Below, piece by piece: positions 28,086 through 42,140 of a stretch of DNA of 64,000 bases. Source of the DNA: the human T2T-CHM13v2.0 reference genome, Homo sapiens; the NCBI RefSeq assembly GCF_009914755.1, contig NC_060931.1. One strand, given 5' to 3'. Below the pieces are notes generated by a model. It worked only from the letters and a program-made list of their open reading frames with translations. It did not search any database and was not told the DNA's origin. Each line of letters starts with the position of its first letter. Position 1 is the stretch's first letter. A program made the translations under genes and the position numbers.

Positions 28086-29659
28086 TTTGTGCTTCAGGGT
28101 CTTGCATATTCTGGTCTCCCTGCCTGGAAAGCTGTGTGCCCAGCTGCCTACAGGGCTGCTTCCTTTCCTCTCCTCCTTCAGAGCGGAGTCCATTTCCCCC
28201 ACCCCACCCCTGCCTCCTGGTTGTGTTCCTAGCGCGGAGGCTCCCTGACCAGCTCTTGCTCATTCGACCGCTCCCCAACCCGGCGCACGGTGCGGGGCTG
28301 CCGTGGAAGGGGCGTTTTCCATTCATCCGACTTTATTTGCAGTGACTCCACAGCTTAGCAGTTCGGGTTAACTTTGAACTTTATTTTTTTTCTGTTTCAG
28401 AGACTTGATATTCTTTAAATGTACTTTTTAATTAAATGCGACCTAGACAGCTTCTCCCTCCTCAGCCTCTTCTATGAGTAAAGAGGTTCATGTGGGGGAA
28501 ATTGACTAGGATTAGGCTTCATTTCCCTCTGCTGCGTGTTCTTTATTCCTGTAACTACAAAGAGGCGTCATCTGAAGTGTTTGCCTTTCTGCCTCTGAAG
28601 CTACCTGGCGCCCGTTGGTTGCTGACTTCTGCAGAAATCCTCCTTTGACTCAGTGTCTTCACCTCCAGCCACCTAAAACCAGCCTGGGAAACGTTCAGTT
28701 GAGAACACTACTGTAAAGTCTCAATTAAGGAAGTGCTTGAGGGAAGGAGTGTTCTAGTTAATTTTTGCTTAACAGAGCACAACCAGTGTTTTTGTTAGGA
28801 GGAGGCAGCATTATGTAAAAGAAAGATTATCAACTTTGGATGAAGACATTCCATGATTTAAAGCTTTTCTCTATCACTTGAAACCATGTGACTTAGGGCC
28901 TCAATTTTCTCATCTGTAAAAGAGGGATAACAATCGTTATCTTACTGGGTTGTCACTATATTAAATGGGCAACATGTGTAAATCATTTACCAAGATGTTT
29001 TGTGGCTGCATGGCAGCTTGGCAAAATAGAATTCCTTTCTCTACTTTTGTTTTCGTTCTTGGAACTGAGGCCTTATTCGTTGGTATATGGCATTTTAAAA
29101 ATGTTTTGTTAATGTAGGACGTTGAAGTAGAAGGTAATAGTAGCGGTGGCTCTTAATTTTAGAATCTTTATGATAAATTAATCATTGAGTATTTGATGAG
29201 TGTTTATTATATCTCAGATATGCAAATAATAGAAATAAAGAGGTTGTTTCATTCTTTTAAAAATGCTTAGATATTCTTTGCATCTTCTAAAAATTGAACT
29301 TGGAAAACCTTTTGGTAGAAAAGCCATCATGGCAGGTAAAAAATGTCGAAGTCCATCTGTTGACCTCTTCTTGCTTACAAAAGGAGCAAAAAACCCACTC
29401 AAAAGCAGTAAAAGAGGAAGAGACGTAGGTCCACAATGACAAAAAGAAAGGGAGAGGAGCCAGTACCGATGAAGGATGAGAACAAACACCCAGAAAGCAA
29501 ATCTCAGAGGGAGGCATCACAACCACCTGGGGAGAGGGCCTGAGCCTGAGGACACTTGGGGCAGACTTGGTCATGGAGGGGCTGGTTATGACAGAGAGCT
29601 ATTAGCTACTAGCATGGAGGGGGAGCCATTGCTAGTTTGTATAAAGAACAGTCTATGTT

Positions 29660-29800
29660 GTAATCCCAGCTACTCAGGAGGCTGAGGCAGGAGAATCACT
29701 TGAGCTTCGGAGGCAGAGTTTGCAGTGAGCTGAGATTGTGCCACTGCACTCCAGCCTGGGTGACAAAGTGAGACTCTGTCTCAAAAACAAACAACAAAAA
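29660..29800 (+). mobile_element. 5'-truncated Alu (right arm)
   Basis: gtaatcccagctactcaggaggctgaggc...; flanking direct repeat aacagtcta. Confidence 0.88.
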
Positions 29801-30282
29801 CAGTCTACTTGTAACCCCTCAAACTGTAAGCAGAATACTTAAGCTAGATTAAAAAGGTAGATGAACAGACAAACAGAAAGTTATAGATAATGAACAGCCC
29901 CAGAGAAAAGACATCCACACTCTGGGATTTAGCGTCCCTTCGGAATAATAGTGAGTGTTTCACTTTATTAAAGTGAAGTCGTCAGTTGACATCTCCTGGT
30001 TCATTCATATGTATAAAAGGACACAGGGATCATTTGAAGAAAGCCCTTCCTGTAAAAGGTATATCAAATTAACAAAGAGGGAGAAAAAAGATCCCAGAGG
30101 AACACAAAACAGAACTTCAGAAAGTATTTATACTCTCCGAGACATTTAGAAATGTATTTCACCCATGAAACAAGAACAGGATGCAATGAAAAATGAACAG
30201 AGGACAAAAAGTTAGTCTTGGGAGTCACAATATGGTTACTGAAAATAAACATCCAAAAGACCAGTTAGAAGATAAAGTTGAG

Positions 30283-30677
<395 letters not shown>

Positions 30678-30825
30678 TCAATCCAGAGTCCTAAAATCCA
30701 ACCAATAAGAGCCCTAGAAAGAAAAACACAGAAAACAGAGGGGAGAAAATTATGAAGGAACTAACGCTATCAGGTATGCATGTCTAGAGTGAAAGGACCT
30801 TTCAGTTACCTAGCACAATGTATAA

Positions 30826-31288
<463 letters not shown>

Positions 31289-32201
31289 AAAAATCATTTT
31301 TTACCTCATTCAAGAACTTTGAAGACTTACTTTTTTTAAGTTATTTAAGGATACTCTAGCTAAGTGAGGACATATGCCAAGAATAAGGAGACAGTGAGGT
31401 CCAGGGAACGGCAGGTGTTACCCAAGAATGCAGCGGAGGAGAGTCTCAGAGTGACGAGTCCACACCAAACAGGAAAGGGAATGTCTCTGTGTTTAAAGGG
31501 AGCTGGGTAGATTGCCTTCATGTGGGTAAAAGAGAACAGTACAAAAGGCTATAAACAGAATGCAGCCATTTTTGCCACTCACACCAGAGGCGTGCTTTTC
31601 TCTATTTAGCCCTTTGTGCTAATATTTAACTCCGTGTCTTAACAATATGTGTCTATTGCTAGTTCTTGATTTGCCAATTTTAGACGTTACCTATTGACCT
31701 TCTGCTGTGATGGATGAGCTTTTTACCTCATGCCTCTTCACACATCCTTCTCAAAATATAGTCCAAACAGTATGTGTAGGCCTTTTGTTATTTACCATTG
31801 TAACTCTAAGATATATACATGAGCATGCATGCATGCACACACACACACACGCTTCTTTATTTCTTGTAAACTGGAAACAGTAGCTTTTCACTCCCTGTTG
31901 TGTAATGAGAAGCCACCCTCACCCCCAATTCTCTTCTGCTCTTCCACCTCACTCCGTCTTCTGCAGTTTCATATCGTCCAGGTTAAAAACATTTAAATTC
32001 TGTTTCCTAGGCACAATTACATCTGGCATTTTAGACTATGGATTAATTCTAAAGTTGAAATAAATATACACTGTTTATATTTACTATGTAAAGATTATCT
32101 ACTGCACAGCTAGACAGTATAGAGAGATTATATTTCTTTCTTCTACAGATTTTTTTCACCGGGATTTCTAATTGCCTTTCCTTTTAAAAAGAAGTATTTG
32201 C

Positions 32202-32202
<1 letters not shown>

Positions 32203-32241
<39 letters not shown>

Positions 32242-32380
32242 TTTTTTGTAAACATGGGGTTTCACTATGTATATCTTTTAAAAATACATATATATCTATA
32301 TGTGTATCTATATCTGTTGCTTAAAAATATCTGTATCTATATATCTTTTTAAAATATACACATATATATTTATATATATT
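32203..32380. repeat. (TG)18 microsatellite followed by TA-rich low-complexity sequence
   Basis: Perfect TG run 32203-32238; (TA)-rich sequence at ~32270-32380. Confidence 0.92.
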
Positions 32381-32898
32381 TAAATTACACAGGTAAATAA
32401 CAGAAGAAGTAAAAATCCTGTTTGAAAGTATCATGAAGTGGTGTGAGCTAAAAGCTCATCTGTTGTAGCAGAAAGTCAATAGATAATGTCTAAAATTGGC
32501 TAAAAACAAGACATAGCAATAGATGCCTATAATTTAAAGACATGGAGCTCAAAACTAAGATAAAACACTAACAGATTTAGGGGAGATTGCCTTAGGGAGA
32601 GGGGGTATGGTTTTGTTTCATTTTAAGCCTCTCTGTAATGTTCTTTTTAATTTATGTGCACATATGAATTTGATTGAAATTTAAAACAATTTTTTAAAGG
32701 AAGAAAATATACCAGGATCATGTACTACAATGAGCACTATCCTTGCTATTGAAATATCTGGATTCAGGTCACGTAATATTCTACTGAAATGTTTTTGTGC
32801 AGTCTCAACAGAAAATGCATAGCTTTGCCATCAGAAGACCTATATAACCTTGACCTTGTTGTGGTGGTTTCCATAAGTCAGATTCACCTTGCAGGTGA

Positions 32899-33231
<333 letters not shown>

Positions 33232-35019
33232 ACCACTGTTCTTTTAAGGCTGTAGGTGAATCAACACGAAGGAGGGCTTCCTCCTCCTGTGGTGGAGCTG
33301 AACCCCGTGATGGATGGATGTGTGCGGTGCCTGCGGCACTTGGCCCTGCGGGGCTGCGAACTCAGCCTTGGGGCTCATCTGTCCACAGCACAGCCCCTTG
33401 GAGTCTGCCAGGAGCTGAGCCCCCACCAGTCTGGGGAGGAGGGACTCAGTGGCCCAAGGACCATTCTCCTCAGGCGTCCTCCCCAGTCCTGAACTCAGGC
33501 TTCCTCATCTGCCACCGTGGCTGAGCAGTGATTAATGCCAAATTAGCACCCTGTTCAATGACCTTTCAGCATTAGCCACTGCCTCCCTTCACTTCACATA
33601 ACTATTTGCAAATATTAGCTTCTCCGGCCGTTTCTCCTCATCAGCCACTTTCACAGATGACAGGCAGGCCGTTAGTCTGATTGGCATTCCATTCCTGTCC
33701 TTTGCCCCATCGTGAGTGCATCCGGACTCTGCCATCTTCTCAGAAATCTGATAACCAGCCCAGGAATGTTGGCAATTTTACAAAGCGAAGGCGTCAGCAG
33801 GAAGGTTTCCGGAGAAGCTTCGAGGGTCCGCTGCAGAGTTGGAGAGTCTAGAGATGGGGAAGGCTGCCTCAGCCCCCCAGGGACCCAGGGCTGGGTGAGA
33901 GTCACCCTCACATTATTCAATCAACATATAGATTTTAAAACATTCATTACTTGGCTCTGTCTGCATCAGGCTTCTGTTTTTCTTTTAGAATTCACATGCA
34001 CGTTTAATACAAAAATCTCATACTGCTTAGGCAGTGCAAGGCAGAGCACAGAGCTGTGGGAAATCAGAGCTGATGAGAAGCCCGTCGTCTCTTTCCCGTT
34101 GTTCTCTCTCCGCGGCCCTCACCCCACCGCCAGCCGGGCAGGCTAGAACCTTTCAGTTGCCAGAATCCTCCGCTGCCGCTCACGATGGTGGCGAGTCCCT
34201 TCAGCGTGAAGCCCAGATGAAGCGTTTTGCGTTTGCAGTCATTTCCATTTATTTTTATTTCCAGCCTCTTACATCTCCGCCCTTTATTGAAATCCCTGTT
34301 CTAGAAATGTTGGATTGGTCTTCATTTTCTCTAAATAAACAGTAGTAAAGTGTACTGTGGGTAGTTTAATTTTGATGTTAAATGTATTTTAGAGAAAAGC
34401 GGCAAAAAATATGTCCTATTTTTTTCTCCCTTGTCACCAGAAGTACGAGATAAATTATTTATAGTTTGATACTCAAAAAACATAGATTCAGGATATTTAC
34501 TTTTCAGAAAGGAAAAAAGGATTGAAACTGCAGTAACAGAACTGAACCCTTTGTTAATTGAATATATTGGCTCCAGGGAAGCATATTTGGACAGGAGTAA
34601 GAATGCCCACTGCTTTCCAGTGACACCCATGCCTAACGTAGTGGCTGATACATGAAATATTTGTGGAATTGAACAGATTTGGAAATAGCAGGTAGACTAG
34701 GTAACTCAGTAAGCAAACTCTTAAATCAATAAAAGAAAAATAAAGCCAGCAAGCATTTTGGAAAATGCCAAACAGTTTAAATAAAGCCCCTCAGCCACAC
34801 AACACACAGAGCAGTAGCGTAAGGCCCGGTAACCATGCCCGGTAGGACAGGCTGTGGATTGTGCCTGAGGACACTGGCTGTGCTTGGACCCCATCTCATG
34901 TGGTCTGAGAAAGGCCAGGGACAGTGACCCTGCCCCAGGGCTTCTCATGGGAGTTCAGGTAGGGGCCATGAAATTTGGGTTTCCTATTAGCGTGACTCTG
35001 ACAATAGTCTTCATTTGTC

Positions 35020-35551
35020 ATGCTCCGATCATCCCATCTTCTATCTGCCCTTTCACTTTCTGTGGTTTCCATTACCCTCCGTCAACCATGGTCCGAAAAT
35101 AGGAGAGTACAGCACAGTAAGATATTTTGAGAGATAGAGAGGGACCACATTCGCATAACTTTCATTACATTATGTTATCATTGTTCTGTTTCATTATTAG
35201 TTGTAGTCAGTCTCTTAGTGTGCCTGATTTACACATTTATGACAGGTGTGTATGCAGAGGGAGAAAGTTTGAACAGATGCCCTTCCACTCACAATGGGGT
35301 TATGTTCCAATAAACCCACCGGAAGTTGAAAATATCGGAAGTCAAAACGCGCTTTTGTAGCCCCGTTGTAAGTTGAGGACTGGACTGAATGTGTATGGCT
35401 TTTGCACCATCATAAAGTTGAAAAGCCCTGCGTGGAGCCATCATACATCAGGGACAATTTGTGTCTGTAGGGATTGGTACTCTCTTTGGTTTTAGGTATC
35501 CCCGGGGGTCTTGGAACGTGTCCCCTCAGATAACGGCGGGGGGTGCTCCTG
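35020..35551. mobile_element. MER44A-like (TcMar-Tigger) element with a nested MER47-like insertion (~35274-35460)
   Basis: The outer element (ggtccgaaaatagg...gtaagatattttgagaga...gggtcttggaacgtgtcccctcagataa) is interrupted by cagatgcccttccactcacaatggggttatgttccaataaaccc...gttgaaaatatc. Confidence 0.65.
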
Positions 35552-35592
35552 TACTTAGAGTTTCATGGACATTTCTCTTTTCTCTGCCACAG

Positions 35593-35704
35593 GAGATGTT
35601 GGCACACCTGAAACCATGGCCCCAACCATTGTGGTTCCCCCGGGCAACAGAAGTGTGGTGGCTGGATCCAGTGAGACCACCTTGGAATGTATAGCCAGTG
35701 CCAG
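35593..35704 (+). CDS. SDK1: SDK1 coding exon (~exon 6), Ig2-Ig3 linker and N-terminal half of Ig3
   Basis: Pyrimidine tract plus cacag| acceptor; AG|gtacga donor; 112 nt. Translates (R)[36 protein letters not shown](R), recognised as Sidekick-1 and in frame with the next exon. Confidence 0.96.
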
Positions 35705-36399
35705 GTACGAGGCGCGTCTCCTGTGAGACTCCTAGTAAATATTCCATGACCTGTGACGAGCCGACGATAGAAGGATACACTGGAGCATGAGGTTCAGCCT
35801 TCTAGCGACAGTGGTCTTGTTTGGCCGGGTGGGCCATGAATACGAGATATGGGTAGATAAGGAAATGGACACACTGATGTCTTCCAGAGTCCCCCACTGC
35901 AACAGGGCGGTGCTTTCAATGCAGCTCTGGGTGGTAGTGGGGGGCTCCTCTGAGATCCTCTCTAGGGAAGAGAGAGGAGTTGAGGCAGAGGAAAAAGTTC
36001 ATTGCTCTTCTCCTCTTAGTCAGCCAAGGTGTTCTCTGCCTACTTAGCGGTCGCTCCAGAATCAAGCTCGGATGATCCCGCCTTCCATGTCGTTGTGTCC
36101 CCTCACAGTATTTATTTTAAACATTCATTTCCTGAGCAAATGGGATCATTAGCACTTATGGTCCATTGCTGCGGCAATTAGATATCCTTGCTTAATAGCC
36201 CTTGAGCAGAATGCATCGTCAATGCGTGCTGGGAGGGAGTAGAGTTACATCTAGATTGAGTTTTCAGTGTCCGTTGTTCAACCCACCATGCACCCTGGTA
36301 GCATTAGCTTCGTCAAGCCTGTGCCGAGTGCCTGAGATGATGACCGTTGCCACCTCCCTGAGTCACAATCGTCGTCATGAATGCCTTTCATTCCCACAG

Positions 36400-36590
36400 G
36401 CCTGTGGAGGACCTGAGTGTGACCTGGAAGAGGAATGGAGTGAGAATCACCAGTGGCCTCCACAGCTTTGGAAGACGCCTCACCATCAGCAACCCGACGT
36501 CCGCGGACACCGGGCCATACGTCTGCGAGGCGGCGCTGCCGGGGAGCGCTTTTGAACCGGCCAGGGCGACGGCCTTTCTTTTCATCATAG
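36400..36590 (+). CDS. SDK1: SDK1 coding exon (~exon 7), C-terminal half of Ig3
   Basis: ttcccacag| ... TAG|gtaatg; 191 nt. PVEDLSVTWKRNGVRITSGLHSFGRRLTISNPTSADTGPYVCEAALPGSAFEPARATAFLFII, with the Ig Trp and DxGxYxC motifs. Confidence 0.97.
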
Positions 36591-36896
36591 GTAATGCGGG
36601 AGCCTCTAAGTGGTGTTGCCAGCATCTCAGATAGCATCCGACACTGACTCTTCTGCAGAAACAAAATAGCGTATTTCAGTGGCTTTATTTGTAACTCGGC
36701 AAATGAAGGTGAGGTTGAGTTTACCTTCGAAATCCTTCCTAGCCTTCTTTCCCAAGAATATAAGTCCATTAAATCCAAAGTGTTGATGTTCTCAATCCTT
36801 CCAAGAAACGTCCTTCTGAATACTCCAGTCACAAAGCTCGGGAAATAGAGCGGTGAAACCCCTGTCATATAGATCCCTCTCCTATTCTAGCTTTAG

Positions 36897-37263
<367 letters not shown>

Positions 37264-38891
37264 TTATTAATTTAGAAATTATTCTATTAATTATTAATTT
37301 AGCTGTTATTTTTTGACCTAGCAGAAAATGTAAAACTATCGGATGTTACCTTTTGTTAAACTTAAAAAAAAAAAGAGAACAGAGATGCTTCCTCAAACTG
37401 GGCGACATATTATTCCTGAACCAAGGAGAAAGAACATAAAATTAAGTACACTGGAGTTGCCCAGCTCTAAATGCTGGAAACTATTAGTGTTTAGGGAGTG
37501 TGCATTGTACAGTGGCTAAGAAAATACAAAACCTATTATCAGTTTATGAGGAGGTTAAGTTGTGAGGCAAGTGACTTTATTTCTCTCATTTTTCCAGCTA
37601 CTGTCATGCATTTATTCTTCATAAGTGGCCGTGATGACTATGAGAGCAGCCTGTGTTCCGCAGTGGTAGCCGCTGTTGATAAGAGGTAGCCTTAGAGGCC
37701 GCCTCTAGGAAGGAGAATCTCGACTTCCTCTCTCCTCTTTGGGAAAAAGGGGAATTGAGAACAGGAAAATTCAAATAAGAAAACCCTCAGAGAGCCCCTT
37801 AAATAAAAAAATTTGCAGTCTGCCACTTTGCAAAATAAGGAAAAAAAAAAAAAAGCTTGTGTTTTCCTATGAAACTAGCAAGAAAAGGAATACTGCACAA
37901 AAGGTGGTTTACCTTGATCACGTCCCATTCCTTTAATCATTAGGAAATGACTCCATGTCCTGACCTTGACTCTTCTAAATACAATGCAGTGCAAACCTGT
38001 CGGTCCCTCTGAAAGAAGCGAAAGTCTGTTAAAAGCATCCAAGGAAGCCGGCTTTGAGTCACCAATCACTGTTGATTCTACATGAGAGGCCTGAGCTGGT
38101 ATTGCTACCTTCCCCATCCATGCTTCCGCTACAGATGTAAATATCACATCCCATTCTCTGCAAAGATTTTTTCATCGAGGTTGATCTGTAGTTCTAGGAG
38201 CACAGCACATTATAGATTCAGCCAAAATTAAAATTTGCGACGTGTAAATCTCTAGTAGACAGGACTATACCGTGTTCAAACATTTTAAGGTAATTTAAAC
38301 AAGAGAAGAAATTTATCTCCCTTTAAACGAGAATGTTTGTTTCGATCATCATTCCTTTTTAAAATATTTAAATCTATCTTAAGAGCTTTAGTTTTACATT
38401 TATATCTGATTAGTTTTGTGTTCTCTCGAGTTAGCACCTCTCCGTGTTCTGACTTTTAAAGGTACACAAACACACTTCACTTCTTTATGATGTTGAGTTA
38501 AATCCCCTTTTATTCATAAGAATTTGCTGTAGCAGGTAGGATTTTTGTGGTTGGCGCACACTGCAAAAACCCTGAAGAGAGTGTCTGTGTCAATTCCGAG
38601 GGATTTGGATGAGATTATAATCCCACGCCCTGTGGCCGAGCATTATTGGTTTCACAGGGCTGTCACCATGTACCTGTCAAAAGGGCCACCCGTAGGAGCA
38701 CACAGGCCAAAGACAGAGAAACAAATGGGCTCCTATTACTTGTATTTTATACTGATGACACAGGACAGGCTAGTTGGGCTGTTTGCCCCACCTGCCTGTC
38801 TATGTTGCTTAATTTCTGTGGCTTGAATGAGAGCACAGAGGTCGGCTTCCAGGCACCACCCCGCCACTGGCTGCCCAGTCCTGTGGAGCAG

Positions 38892-39357
38892 CCCCTCTAC
38901 GCCCTCCACCCTCCCCTCCTGCCTCCCCTCTACACCCTCCCCTCCCGCATCCCCTCTACACCCTCCACCCTCCCCTCCTGCCTCCCCTCTACACCCTCCC
39001 CTCCCCTCCTGCCTCCCCTCTACACCCTCCCCTCCCCTCCTGCCTCCCCTCTACACCCTCCCCTCCTGCCTCCCCTCTACACCCTCCACCCTCCCCTCCT
39101 GCCTCCCCTCTACACCCTCCCCTCCCCTCCTGCCTCCCCTCTACGCCCTCCACCCTCCCCCCTCCCCTCCTGCTTCTCCTCTACACCCTCCTCTCCCCTC
39201 CCACCTCCCCTTTACAACCTCCCCTCAACACCCTCCCTTCCCGCCTCCCCTCTATACTCTCCGCCCTCCGTTCCCACCTCCCCTCTACACCTTCCCCTCT
39301 GGCCTCCCCTCTACACCCTCCGCTTCCGTCCCACCTCCCTTCTACACCCTCTACACT
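38892..39357. repeat. C-rich minisatellite (variants of ccctcccctcctgcctcccctctaca)
   Basis: Repeated ~26-36-bp pyrimidine-rich units; G-rich on the minus strand. Confidence 0.9.
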
Positions 39358-39789
39358 GCACCATTCATGGGCTTGAATGAGTGTTGGCCTCAGTTTCCAC
39401 ATCCATAAAATGGAGATGGATGTAGATGGTACCAGCTCATATTGTGAAGGTTAAATGCAAAAATGTCTGTCACAGAGGCTCTGAAATAGTGGCTTTAGTT
39501 GCTGTTGGCATAACTCTATTATCCTATATGTCCCATTGCACTCGCTATTTACCAATAATCAGTTATGTGACACACATTTTTCATGTTTAGTGTCTCTGGA
39601 ATCAGGATGTGCCTCACCACCTATGAAACCATTTTTTTTTTCCTTGGGGTAAGACAAGGATGCCCCTTACCTCTGACTGCAGCACCTTAGTGCCTGTGAG
39701 ATGCATCTTCCCTCCGAGCCACGCCTTCTCCACGGTCTCCTCATCACACACGAAGCCAGCTGCTCCCACATGTGCCCTGCTCCTGCTGA

Positions 39790-40230
39790 GCACGATGGCT
39801 CGGAAACTCGGACGGCGAGTTTTCACTGGGATGGACTCTTTACCTGGTGGGGCATCTGCTGCCAGCCCCTTCAAGTTGTTCATGGAATTCAGTGCTTGTG
39901 GCTTGGGGGCTGGCTCCTGGCCAGGGGTCCCCTCAGGTTCCAGAGTCCCCTGCATCCCTGGCTCATCTCCAGAGCCAGCAGCTGCGGCTGAGTTCTTGTC
40001 ACACATGGAAGCTCTCTGCTGTCCCCTGTGCCTCCAGCTGCAGAAAGTCCTCTCCTTTTAGGGGCTCACATGATTAAATTGGGCCCACCCAGCGAATCCA
40101 AGAGAGTCTCCCTATTTTAAGGTGGGATACCTAATCCCACCTGCAGAGTCCCTCTTGCCAAGTGAGACAGCATATTCATAGATTCCAGAGGTGTGGGTGT
40201 GGACACCTCCGGGAGCCGTTCTGTCCACCT
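39790..40230 (-). mobile_element. MLT1-type MaLR LTR
   Basis: attgggcccacccag...ctccctattttaagg...ttgccaagtgagacagcatattcatagattccagag...gtggacac. Confidence 0.6.
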
Positions 40231-41689
40231 CGGTGGACTAGCGTGCAGTGCAGGCCAGCCGAGGGCATGCGTGGGACATGCTGCTCCCTGAGAGGGGCGA
40301 CCTGGAAGGAACAGGGAGGCAGCGCAGGAAACATCTTTGGATCTTGCAGTGATCCCTACACAGAAGAAGCTTTGCAACTCAGAAGCCAAATCCCAGCAGC
40401 ATTGGGGATGGGAGAGCAGGAAAAATGCATGGTGTTGTTGGGGGGTCCTTCTCCACTGCGGTTGCCTCCATTGGGCCTGAGCCTGCACTTTGTCACACTG
40501 GCATTTTGGAGAGTGAGGTCATTTGACAGAGGCCCTTGGTTTGGGGGCAGTCTGGGAGGTCTCCCCACCTCCTCTCCTGAGACTGGGGAGCTAGAAGCTT
40601 GCGCTGCCCCTGGAGGCAGCTGCCATGGGCTCTGGGCCATGTGGAAGGCGGAAAATCTGAGCTGGCCTTTTCCTAACACCCTGACTTCACACAGGGCATG
40701 AGAACCTTTCCCTGATGTCTTCATATTGTTTCAAAAGAGGGAGAAGTGTTTGTTTCCATCCCCTGTTTTGTTGGCTGCAGTCAGGATCAATTTTCAGAAG
40801 TCCAGGGTGGACCCATGTTGGCAGAGTACCCTTTCTAGACACAGTTGCCACTGACAGGCTAAGACATGCCCTCGCCCTCTTGCCCTCTGAAGAGTAAGTG
40901 GTTGAGAGTCTATGCACAGGATGACTCATTTACAATGGGTTTTCCCCAGTGTTTAACTCACGGGCTTTTCACGGTCCATAGGCTTGGCATTTCCTCCGGT
41001 TCTTTGCCTTAGAGCAGACTGTGTGTAAAACCGTAGCTGGAAATGGGGAGAAACTCCATCTGAGCAGCCGCTGGGTTAGAATACTAGGAAGGGTTGGCAG
41101 GGAGAGAACTCGTACCCTCACACGGTGGGGAAGTACTAAGGGAAGCTCAGAGGCCACGCAGGGCATGGGCAGCTCTGCACCTGCTCCCCAGGCACAGCGA
41201 CCTGGAAGGCTTTCCAGAACAAGCTAAGAGCATCCACAATGAACAGCCAGATGTTTTCCACCCATGCCTAGCACTGAGCTACTAAAACTGCCCAGGACAT
41301 TGGCCCCTGCAGGCGGTGGCAGGCTGCCCCCCAGACCTTGCCCATGCCACAGTACTATGGAGAGTGTGGAGTGGGATGAGTTTTCTCACCAGGTGGCATG
41401 CTGTGTGCCAAACACAGATGGTCCCTGGCTAGGGTGGAGAGAGGTCACCACTTGGAGAGGAGCAGCATCGTCTGGGCCTGGAGGTCCCCAGAGCCATGCA
41501 CTTGCTCAGCCAAGCCAGCTTCGGGTCACTGTGTGGAGTGCCCGTCTCCCTGACCCCAGCGAGGTCCCTTCCTGGCACTCGAGGGAAGCCTCGGGGGACT
41601 GTACCAGGCGACAACGGTAATCAGTACCTCAGGGAAGGCACCCTGGGCCCGTAGGTGCCGACCATTGTTATCTATGGATTTTGTATCAT

Positions 41690-42140
41690 CAAAGCACAGG
41701 TCATCTTGGGTGAATCTCAAGGGAACCATGAAGAGTGAAAAAAATAGTTGCAAAAGTTACACTCGATGACCTCCTTTCTGTAACGTTCTTGAAATGACAA
41801 ACCTACAGAAACAGAGAACGGATTAGTGGTTGTGAGGGGTGGGGGTTTGGGGTGCTCCTGGTCATGGAAGGCAACACCCTTGTGCTGATGGACACGTGGA
41901 CCTACACACGTAATAATGTTGCATGGGACGTGCATGTGCCGTCTTTTCACGCACACTTGAGCGCAGGAAACACTGGCAAGAGCTGGATAAATTAGGTTGA
42001 TTGTATCAGTAGCAGTATCCTGATCATGATGTTATGCTATCGTTTTTTGCAAGATGTTACCATTGCGGGAAGCCGAGTGAAGGGTCCATGAGCTCTTTCA
42101 GTGTTACAGTGTTACTTCTCACAACTGCACGGACTCGACA
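41690..42140 (+). mobile_element. Old L1 (L1MC/MD-like) 3' UTR fragment
   Basis: tgaatctcaagggaaccatg..gagtgaaaaaa...gagaacggattagtggttg...ttttgcaagatgttaccattg. Confidence 0.65.

Noticed and set aside
35590-35595. NAGNAG tandem acceptor (CAGGAG) at exon 6
   Set aside because: Distal GAG acceptors are rarely used next to a CAG, and there is no supporting evidence in the sequence.
38646-39408. Pro/Ser-rich 244-aa and 193-aa ORFs (also 27620-28345)
   Set aside because: Artefacts of C-rich low-complexity repeats.
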